Below are positions 53,919 to 64,000 of a stretch of 64,000 bases of DNA, one piece after another. Source of the stretch: Octopus vulgaris. Lineage: Eukaryota. Positions within the stretch are counted from its first letter, which is position 1, and each line of letters begins with the position of its first letter. Below the pieces are notes generated by a model that was given only the letters and a program-made list of their open reading frames with translations, ran no database searches and was not told where the DNA came from. Both the position numbers and the translations under genes were made by a program. The stretch is taken from positions 69,750,001-69,814,000 of the forward strand of contig OX597817.1 of NCBI GenBank assembly GCA_951406725.2, given 5' to 3'.

Positions 53919-55589
53919 GTGATACGATGTACGCGTTCCAATACGTTATACTGGAACGTGCATATATATATATCTCGTATAATGAATATTATATACTATA
54001 TACTGGATCATATACATTAATCTGTGTTTTGAAATGTATGTATTATATTATGTATGCTCTATATTTAAACGGTTATAATATGTTGTATGTTATAAAATGA
54101 GATCTTTTCTGAGAAAATTTTAAAGTTTAATCAAAATCTTAAAACTTCAAGTATTGATATAATTTTTCATGCTGAATATCAGGGGCTAATTAACTTTTTT
54201 CAGAAAAATCTTTTAAAAATGTTAAAGACTTTTTAAAGTTTTATAATTTTTACCCAGGAAACCGGATTTGGAATCTGTCATTTTGTGCGTGACTGCACGT
54301 GTTGTCAACTGCAAACAAATGAAATATTGGCGGAATTCTGCTTTACGCACGCCATATAACCCCTTGTAACTTTTTATTATTTTGGGGGAATCTTCAGAAA
54401 ACTTTTGCGAATTTAATGTCAATGATTACCATACAAAACTACCCCAATACACCAAATACAAAATTAATAGGAACAAAAATTGAAGACAGTGAAAAGTGGC
54501 AGCCGAGCAGAAAAGATCCATAAATTGTCTCGTCACTTATACCGTTTTGGACCAATTTCTTTCTTCTTCTTTTTTTTTTTTTGCATTATGCACTTAAAAA
54601 CATCGCCCTATTGAAATCCCTTATATTCATGCATACAGTACGAACGATATACATTTATAGAGTGAGTAAGTTTAACGCGAGAAAGTGAAAGAGAAAGACA
54701 AATGAGACAGATCTGTCGCTATCACAGATTTTGAAATTTTAAAATTAAGTGGAAATTTTGAAATTTGTTATATTGGTGTACGTTTTCACAGTGAATCCGA
54801 GTTTGCAATTCATATATTTCATAAAATGTTTTTGAAAAATGTTACCGATGTTTAAAGTTTGATCATTTTACCCAGTCAGAAAACAATATTTTTGTACTTG
54901 ATAGCTGTGATGAAATGAAAGTAAACAGAATGAAAGGTGTTAAACAAAATGAACAATAGCTTGATGTTGATAGATTGAGAGAGGAAGCGTTAACGATCTA
55001 AAAGATGAGTTATTTCTCGCAGAATTCTTTTATTATTATTTACGATCGACATTGTCTGTGGGACGCAGAATTCGAAAATCAAATTCATTTTGGGGTTTAA
55101 CCTTAACACTCATACATAACTTCTTTACGGTTTCGACCTACTCAATTTCAAACAAGTTATGTCGCGACCTATAGAGAATGACATCTGTTCAAGATACAGC
55201 GAAGTAGTATCGGGTTGAGAAGCGAACTTGTTAATCAAAATATGCAACATAATTTTATCTTTCATTTTTTTTTACTTGCTTCAATCATTGAAATGTGGCC
55301 ATGCTGGGGCAACGCCTTGAACGGTTTGGTCATACAATTCGTCCCCGTACTTATTATTTTTTTTAAAAGTCTATTTGATACTCATTCCATCGTTCTCTTT
55401 TACGAAACCACTAACCGATTCCGGTTATCAAACGGTGATGTGGAACAACCACAAACGATAAGACACACAAACATATAGATACATAATATGCACGGACGCA
55501 CACAGAGACACACGTATACATATGTATGTATGTATGTTATATATATATATGAATATATATATAGGTTGAAAATATGTGGAAAAACATAT

Positions 55590-56520
55590 AAAAAGTGGAA
55601 GAGAAATGCCTTCGTTTCACTTAGTTTAATACTTTTTTATAAAGAAATTATTTAAAAATATATACATATTTTATGGATGTAGTGATATGCAACCGGTTTT
55701 CGCTATTTAAATTTGCTTTCAAGAGACATTGTGAAGTAATCAATACTTGTGACAAAGGGGTCTCGCCATCTTGGATGCTTGAAAAATAAGAATAAGTCTA
55801 GAGAGTGGACCAAGGGAGGTAACAGGTGGCAAGTGAGACAACTAACTCCTCAGTATAATTTTTGAAGTGGCCAAGATTGTATATTAAGGTGTGGTCTGTA
55901 CTTTTGTATGAACAGATTTTTCTCGTTGAGGCGTTCTTGTAAGACGATTGAATCTTTGCATTGGTATAATGGAAAGATATGGAAATTCGGCGTTTTATTT
56001 CTTTCGCATCTGTCGATATGTTCGCTCAGGACTATCTGCCTGTATTGAGAAAAACGAATCTGTTCTTTATACAGCGTGACTCTGCCTCTCAAAGTAAGGG
56101 TCGTTTGGCCCACATAATTGTGTCCACAACCTGAGCCGGTTAGGACATAGATAAGGTTCTAGGAAGCACATGTGAATTTGGTCTTAATTGAGAATTTTTC
56201 TCCTTGCTGAAATGTGCCTTCAGTTAGGTATGGGCATATACCACAATTAGGTCGTCTGCATTTTTTAATTGTTGGTAATGTATTTATTGAGTATAGTTTT
56301 ACATTTGTTAGGAGCCGCTTGAGTGATTTGTGTGGTCTTTTGCATTTGAGGAGTTTATGTGTATTTAGAATGTTGTTCATTTTCGGGTCTTCAGTGAGCA
56401 GAGAGAGATTTTGTATAATTGTGTTATATGCTTCATTATTTCTGTGGTTGTGGGTTGATATGTATAGGGGTGATTTAAAGCAAGGTGTGGCGTTTTATTT
56501 TGTTGTCCTTAGTATTTATT
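55590..56520 (-). mobile_element. Penelope-like element (Neptune-type): linker, GIY-YIG endonuclease and 3' terminal region, decayed
   Basis: YISTHNH...EDPKM...KSLKRLL, Cys linker CRRPNCGIC, then CAS*NLIYVL..SGCGHNYVGQT...R...EHI...E..FIQKYRPHLN. Confidence 0.85.
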
Positions 56521-56734
56521 TTTACTTGCAATAGCAGGTTCTTCTGGTTAAGCTATCGTATCTTCAGCTGCTTCAGATGCCAAGAAATGAAAAATTGTCA
56601 ATGTGTAGTACAACGGTTTTGCTAAGAAATGGTGTAAGTATTGTTTTGTTTTCTGAAAAGGCGACGTTTTGGAATTACGACACTTTTGCACAATAGCAAC
56701 GATGTATATATATATATATACACATGCATATAAT

Positions 56735-56893
56735 GATAGTCGTTCTATATCTGCCTTAGGGTGGTGCATTCTAAGCATTGTCAACAACTTTCGTATTTTT
56801 CTGTCAAGATTAACATATTTCAGTAATTGAACAGTTAATGATATTGAAACTGTAAGTCACGACTGGTATGGTTAAAGTATTGATCGCTTCGAT

Positions 56894-56895
<2 letters not shown>
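56735..56895 (-). mobile_element. R4/Dong-like internal fragment next to (TAA)n
   Basis: Translates to DRKIRKLLTMLRMHHPKADIERL. Confidence 0.75.
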
Positions 56896-56958
<63 letters not shown>

Positions 56959-57054
56959 GTTGTTGTTGTTGTTATCATCATCATCATCATCATTTGTAGC
57001 ATAATTACTATCTATCAGATTATTAGAGGTTGAACAAGGATCAAAATGGTTATG

Positions 57055-57785
57055 ATACTTAAATTGTTTCTTATATCCTGCCTTATATAAGGCCGAATTA
57101 TAGAAATCACATTTACATTTGCGGATAATTTAGAGATCCTAAGAGATGTTTTTAACCAAAATTTTTTCTTATATTAGTAGGGTGATTGCTAAAAATGATA
57201 ATGTATTTTAGATTCATTAAAGGTTTATAATATGGGAAATATAAGGCTGTATTTAAGTTGAGCGTAAGGTCAAGGAAATTAACTTTTGTTCTATCATCAT
57301 GGAAGGCAATACTTAGGTCCATATTACTAAAGAATTTAACAATATCATTTTTAATATTATGTAATTTTTTGTTAGAGATATTTTAGAGGTAAAGGAGGTA
57401 GTCATCGCGATATAAATCACCGAGGAAATATGGGAATTTCTGACAGAATATAAATACCGAGGAAATCAGAAATTTTAAGTGAGTCAGAGGATCCCCATAG
57501 ATGTATCAAAGTAGTCAGGTTGATCTTTAGGAACCCAAAATTTAGTATCAAATTTGATAATGGATTTTCTAGCTGTTAAAATAACATCAATTTCATACAC
57601 TCTCATGTTCCAGATCGGATGCATTACCAAACATTATGAATATTATTTTCGGAATTTTCAGTGGCTATACTGTATAACATTGGAAGCAGAAACAGCTGTT
57701 AGATGGGATACGGTCTATTGGAATTGAATTAAAAAATAATAACTGATGTTACCAATTATTGTTTATCAGTATTTCTCCATTACGT
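57055..57785 (-). mobile_element. Decayed Penelope-like reverse transcriptase, Naiad-type
   Basis: Manual translation across frameshifts gives ILTARKSII..FWVPK..FDTSMG, ISDFLGIYIL, LYRDDY, IKNDIVKFF, VNFLDLTLNLNT..PYYKP, SNHPTNI, ISKLSAN and YNSALYKAGY. Confidence 0.75.
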
Positions 57786-57840
57786 TATATATGCTGAATA
57801 CCCATAACCATTAAGCCACGCAGCTTTATACACACACACA

Positions 57841-57930
<90 letters not shown>

Positions 57931-58409
57931 ACTGAGCAATAATTAATTAGATAAATAGATATATAATATACATAAATAATAATGAATTAGATCAATAGAA
58001 ATTAGGTTAATGGATAGATAATATATGGATAAATAGTCATAGGGTACGTATGCATGTGTGCACAGATGTATGGACGTATATTGAATAGTAAAGCAGGTTA
58101 ATAGTAATGTATGTATGTATAAATTAAAACAGAAATGAGAAGGCAAACTGTTTGGAAAAGACTTGACAAAGACATTCAGTTTAGATATTTAATAAAACGG
58201 TATACATAAACTCTAACAACATTTTTTAGAACATCCAAGCTATTGGAACATCATGCCAAGTGAGGATTCCATAGACCATCATCAGAGAAAGAGAGATTGC
58301 TCAGATGTAACAGTGAATAATGATATTATTGTAGTTGATTTTGTCGAGAAAGGGAGGGGAATTCCAGTTAAAATAAGTATTGGATAGGTAGATCCGTGAA
58401 CAAATGAAG

Positions 58410-59390
58410 AAAACCGGTTCGGCAAAAGACACCGATAGATTAGGTAGCAGGCTTTGAAATGAAATGTCATGGAGTAAATTTATTCGACTAAAACCCTTCA
58501 AGGATGTGCCCAGGATGGTCGCAGCCAAATGACTGAAGCAAATATATAAGTTAAAAGATAAAAGAGAGATATAGGCGAAGACGTGGCAGTGTCGAAAGAA
58601 ACTTGCTTCCAGCCACATGGTTCCGGGTTCAGTCCCACTGCGTGGCACCTTGGGCAAATATCTTATAACCTCGAGCTGGCCAAAGCCTTATGAGTGGATT
58701 TGATAAACGGTAACTTAAAGAATCTCGTCATATATATGTATATATATATATATATATATATAGCAAATAAGAAAATGGAGGAGAACAATAGGTGGTTCAT
58801 CAATTTTTGGACATTAAATAATGCTAACTTATTTATAATTATAATAACATACATACATATAGCATATTATTACATATAAGATATAAGATATAAAATATAG
58901 TAATATATAATGATACCAGTAATTATTATAAAAAGCATGAATATAAATTGGTAAATTAACCCCTAACTTTCTTGGAGTTATATATATATATATATATATA
59001 TATACCATACATGCATATAGTTACGATTTTATGCACCCAACGAAGCATTATTGTTATGCTGGACCTGTTGCTAACGTAAAAAGATATGGAATGATGAAGC
59101 TATTTCTTTGTTTTCTGAAAAAGCAACATTTTGGACTTACGATGCTTATGCATAATAGCAACGATATATATATTTATGTGTGTGCGTGTGTCTTAGTTTC
59201 TGTGTTTGTTTACCCCACCATCGCTTGACAACCGATGTGTTTATGTCTTTGTAACTTAACGGTTCGGCAAAACAGACCGATGCAAGGCTTGCAAAGAATA
59301 AGTTCTGGATTCAATTTCTTCGATTAAATCCCTTTAAGGCGGTGCTCCAGTTTGGCATCAGTCTAATGGCTGAAACAAGTAAAAGAACAG
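58410..59390 (+). mobile_element. SINE-B pieces: 3' half (~58410-58565), 5' half (~58573-58730), 3' half (~59175-59390)
   Basis: Consensus matches. The last two halves are separated at the internal (TA)n by about 430 bp. Confidence 0.75.
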
Positions 59391-60430
59391 ATATTGAGAG
59401 AGGGAGAATAGTAGGAGGAGAGAGAGAGAGAGAGGAAGAGAGCGCGCGGAAGAGAGAGAGAGAGGGGAAGAGAGAGAGAGAATGAGAAGAAGAGAGAGGT
59501 AGGAAGCGAGAAAGAGAAATTAGCGGAGTTAGCTGACATGTTGGCTGGTTGTTGAGATGGTTCCATAGTTATTTGGTTGATTGGCAGGGACAACAGGCAG
59601 ACATTGCCTCAACACAAGAAGCATGAATGATAAAAAATAAAGTGTGCGCATGTGAAGCTGGCTGGGTGTGGGAGGTAGTCTATTAATACGGAATAAATAG
59701 ATGAAATTCGGCGAACTTGAAATTCGACAGAGACGATGTATTTTTGTAAAGAGCAGATGCAGGATAAATGCGTTCACAAAATACATAAATAAATAAAATA
59801 AAATAAAATAAATAAATGAATAAACAAGTAAAAAAAAAAATTATAAAAAACATATAAAACAGAAAAAAGCGGAATAAATCGTTAACAAGCACAACAAAAC
59901 TAACAAAATAAAACGCAGCTCCACCCCAGAAGAAATCTTTAACACCCCCGACTCCACTCCATACCTTTATACGCATGCATATACGTAGACAGATCAATTG
60001 AAATACAGTCTTAAATCAATATAGCTTGTACAATGATCTCACGTACATTCAAATGCGCGTACGGGATTAGTACAGAGTCGGTTTACAGACACGTATGTCG
60101 GTATTAGTCGATATTCAGATTTATATATAAAAACATATGTACACATAATACGCGTATCCGCAGATACACGTAAACGCACTCTACATACATACATGCATAC
60201 ATACCTACATACATACATACATACATACATACATACATACATACATACATACATACATTCGTACATACATACATACATACATACATACATACATACATAC
60301 ATACATACATACATACATACATTCGTACATACATACATACATACATACATACATACATGCATACATACAAATACGTACACATGTACAGTCATAGATATTT
60401 ACGCAGGCACACTCATCTATACATAAACAC

Positions 60431-60510
<80 letters not shown>

Positions 60511-60529
60511 GTCTGTCTGTGTGTCTCTG

Positions 60530-60573
<44 letters not shown>

Positions 60574-60650
60574 TGTGGGTGTATGCATGTGTATGTATAT
60601 ATGTATGTATATATGTATGTATGTATCTATGTATATATGTCTATCCTATA

Positions 60651-60733
<83 letters not shown>

Positions 60734-60736
60734 GAT

Positions 60737-62132
60737 CAGTGTCAGTCAAACTCTGTGACGCGAGAGATTTCTGGAGTGACGCGAAAAATATTTTCGGGAT
60801 TTTCGAGAAACAACGATCCCAGAACATTTGCAAAGTTCCAGCGCAAATATAAATTAATCGTATAAATCGTAAAATACGGTGAATATAAATTAATTTCGTT
60901 ACACAACGAACAGCACTTTTGCTACAATATTTCACTACAATATTTCTGCATTTAAACCGGAATTTTCTGTAAGTAAATTGTTTAGTAGTCCTAGTTGTTT
61001 TGAAATTTTTGATTTATTTATAATTTGCATAAATTATTTTATGTTAATTTTAATCGATTTTTATTTCATTTTTGGATTTGTTTTGCAAGAGTCTTTATGT
61101 GAGTTCGTGTGTTGAAGCATATTCTGTTGTGTCTGGGGAGAATTATTTTCTTTTTATGCCTTATAATTTAACACACTCACCGGTAAAATTTCCACTTATT
61201 TCTTATTTTTATTTTCCTAAAATTTTCGTTGCGAAAAATTAGAAACAAGTGTAAATTTTACCGGTGTGTGTTAAATTATAAGGCACAAAAAGAAAATGAC
61301 TCTCCCCAGACACAACAGAATCGATTTTTAGTTTAAGTTTTAAACACGGACAAATTTTTATTGAGACCTCAGAAAAATGAGAGAGTCATAGCAAATAAGA
61401 CGAACACCAGAAAAAAGGTCCACTTCATCAAAAGGAAATATGGTTTTATATTATCGGAAAAAGGCAACCCGGTTGCTTTCTGCATGATTTGTTTAACAGT
61501 ACTTTACATGAAGCGATGGTTTTCAGTAAAACCATTTAATAACAAATCATCCACAACATAAGGACAAACCAATAGAATACTTTGAGATGATAAAAAATGA
61601 TTTTAAAATTCAATGGAAAAGGCTGAAAAAATCTCACCCAATTACCGAGAAAGCTCAAATAGCTTGTTACATGACTGCCCAGCTTTTGCCAGAGAAGGAA
61701 AAACTACATTCTGATGCCGAAAACATAATTTTACCAGCCTTGGAGATCACCGTTGACACGATGATTAGTGATGAAGCCGCCAAACAAATTAAGACCATTC
61801 CTTTGTCTGCCCACACGATTTCTCTTAAAATTCAAGTCAATTCGCGAGATAGTGGTGATCAGCTTCTCGATCATATCACTGAAGCAAAAAATGAACTCGA
61901 AAATTTGTGGGCCTTACAAATCGATGAAAGTGCAGACATCAGCAACAAAGCTCAACTAATTTAATTTTTGCGAATCATCAGAAGTGGTAAAATCATAAGT
62001 CAGTTTTTCTTTTGTTGTGAATTGAACGACGACAGGAGAAGTCTTTAACCTGGCAAACCAAAATGTATTGAGAAGGCTGCAATAGCAAACTTGTTTTAGC
62101 GTTTGTTCTAATGGCGCCCCACCCATGCAAGG
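60737..62132 (+). mobile_element. Buster/Charlie-family hAT transposon, left part, with pseudogenised transposase
   Basis: Starts CAGTG after the target-like ATCTAGAT. It has an (ACG)DKFL start at 61346, BED-like YGF...CMIC, KDKPIEYF, AENIILPA, IPLS..TIS, WALQIDESADISNKAQL, and VCSNGAPPMQG (second catalytic Asp lost). Stops and frameshifts are present. Confidence 0.88.
61064..61318. mobile_element. Fold-back insertion with 12-bp TSD inside the hAT element
   Basis: AATCGATTTTTA at 61052-61063 and 61319-61330. Inverted arms of about 80 bp at 61121-61200 and about 61243-61321. Confidence 0.75.
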
Positions 62133-62574
62133 TGGTGGTGGTCGTAGTGTGTGTGTGTATGAAGATATGCATACATAACCACGTGTCTTAGATTTATATA
62201 TCTACAGGCTATTGTCTTCATTAATCCATAGCTGGCGCCTGCGGGGTGAGGCACTTCTCTCAACCAATAGGCTGTTGTGAGTGCCGCTAGATGATGGATA
62301 CCGGTGATGATGTTATGCCACACTTTCCAATCCATGGCGCTGGCCTTTGTACGCTCGAAGTCATTGTGTATACATGAATGTATGTATAGTCTTATGTGTC
62401 TCTGTGTATTTGTGTGTGTGTGTGTGTGTTTGTGAGCATGTATATGCGAGCCTGTGTATTTTGTACGAAAGGGATTGTATATATGTATGTCTGCATGTAT
62501 GTATGTGTATATGTATGTATGTTTCTATCTATCCATCTAGACAGAGAAACAGACACTCATACATACATACATAC

Positions 62575-62822
62575 AAATTATGGCTGCCCCCTCGTTATCG
62601 AGTATGGCCATTGCACGAAGCTTAACTGTTACTGGTGCTGTGATCGAATGTGACTTTTTAGCCCAGTCAAAGATCTACAATGTCTTGTACAGAATTGGCA
62701 ACTAAAACCTTTACCGGTAATAGCCGGCTGTAGTTGTAACTGGGTTTCATGTACCTTTGCATGTCGTTTAAGTCCTCCTGCCGAATTACACTCTCTTCCA
62801 CATGCCTGACAGATATGATTAG
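62575..62822 (-). mobile_element. Second copy of the zinc-finger RTE 3' end
   Basis: Near-identical reverse copy of about 32761-33008, covering the last two fingers and the 3' UTR, followed by (TATG)n. Confidence 0.9.
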
Positions 62823-62895
62823 TTGATTGATTGATTAAATTGACATACATACATACATACATACACACACACACTGTCTCTCTTTCTCTACCCCT

Positions 62896-62978
<83 letters not shown>

Positions 62979-63802
62979 GAGCACGCACATGCATACACAC
63001 ATTCAGACAGACACACTTGGATACAGACAAAACAAATATATAGACACTTGTAAAAATGCACGTAGATAGATAGATACAGATATACACACACTCATATGTA
63101 CATATACACCACACCAATACATATATCCGCCTACATATACGTTCACACAGATATGCACATATGCACACATAATTTCACATACATATAGACACATACACAT
63201 GCATTCAAAATCACATATGTTTATCAAGACAAAATAGCAAATGCCGAAATGATTTGCTGGCCAGTAAAAATGAAAAAGAAAAATAAAGAAAAATAAAACA
63301 ATTATTTGAATTTAGAAATGAGATAAAAAAAAAAAGTACGAAAATCACAAAAAAAAAAGTCGAATCTAAACGAAACGAAGAATAAATACAATCAACTAGC
63401 CAACTAGCCAAAAAGCCAGCAAATAAACATAAAATAAAACGAAAAAAAAAAAAACGATAAGAGAATAATCAAACTTAAAATAGAACCACTGATTACTTTA
63501 TATAATATTTTACTTAATTACAAGCTTGAACCAAACCGTTCAAATCAGAGAATAAGTAAGAAAAAAAAAAGAAAAACAAAGAAAAAAAATAACATCTGGC
63601 AAATGAGAAACTGTAAGTGATGGTCGATCAAAATTAGAGGACTGTTTAATAAATTCTCTATAATTACAGAAATGTCTGCTAAAATGTTTAAAGTCTCACC
63701 CGAAGAATAGAGATGCTGGATTTATAATTAATTTCTTATCGATTATCATTATTGTTGTTGTTGCTGCTGCTGCTGCTGCTGCTGTTGTTGTTATTATATC
63801 AA

Positions 63803-64000
63803 GGCGGCGCGCTGGCAGAAACGTTAGCACGCCGGGCGAAATGCGTAGCCGTATTTCGTCTGCCGATACGTTCTGAGTTCAAATTCCACCGAGGTCGACT
63901 TTGCCTTTCCTCCTTTCGGGGTCGATTAAATAAGTACCAGTTACGCACTGGGGTCGATATAATCGACTTAATCCGTTTGTCTGTCCTTGTTTGTCCCGTC
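63803..64000 (+). mobile_element. SINE family A, tail A (cut by window end)
   Basis: Consensus match. Confidence 0.9.

Noticed and set aside
53990-55170. Possible non-autonomous DNA transposon (also ~35990-36960)
   Set aside because: The texture is suggestive, but I could not define TIRs, a TSD or a second copy.
61361-61964. Domesticated Buster gene (ZBED5/SCAND3-like)
   Set aside because: The start codon and a catalytic Asp are lost, stops and frameshifts are present, and a TIR-like end remains. It is a dead transposon.

Overview
This is AT-rich, microsatellite-saturated eukaryotic DNA, either intergenic or intronic. Its repeat content suggests an Octopus genome (inference). I found no convincing intact host protein-coding gene. 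Almost all ORFs in the track are translated microsatellites or transposon fragments. The window contains: two tRNA-derived SINE families (about 30 copies, some in self-nested arrays); at least two lineages of R4/Dong-type restriction-like-endonuclease LINEs, one in (TACA)n and one in (TAA)n; RTE-clade tails with three C2H2 zinc fingers; and a CR1-like fragment. Penelope-like remnants include a Neptune-type GIY-YIG, a Naiad-type RT missed by the ORF track, and a short (TA)n-associated repeat carrying a minimal hammerhead ribozyme. DNA elements include a decayed Buster/Charlie hAT transposase, hAT, mariner and Tigger MITEs, and a Helitron. One unique island (about 21.2-21.5 kb) looks like a Pol II promoter plus a short first exon. 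The most interesting signals are the hammerhead repeat family, SINE insertion into a fixed site of its own family, a SINE tail shared with a (GATA)n-embedded element, and retroelement families each tied to a different microsatellite. All identifications are by eye, and element boundaries are approximate unless a TSD or TIR is quoted.
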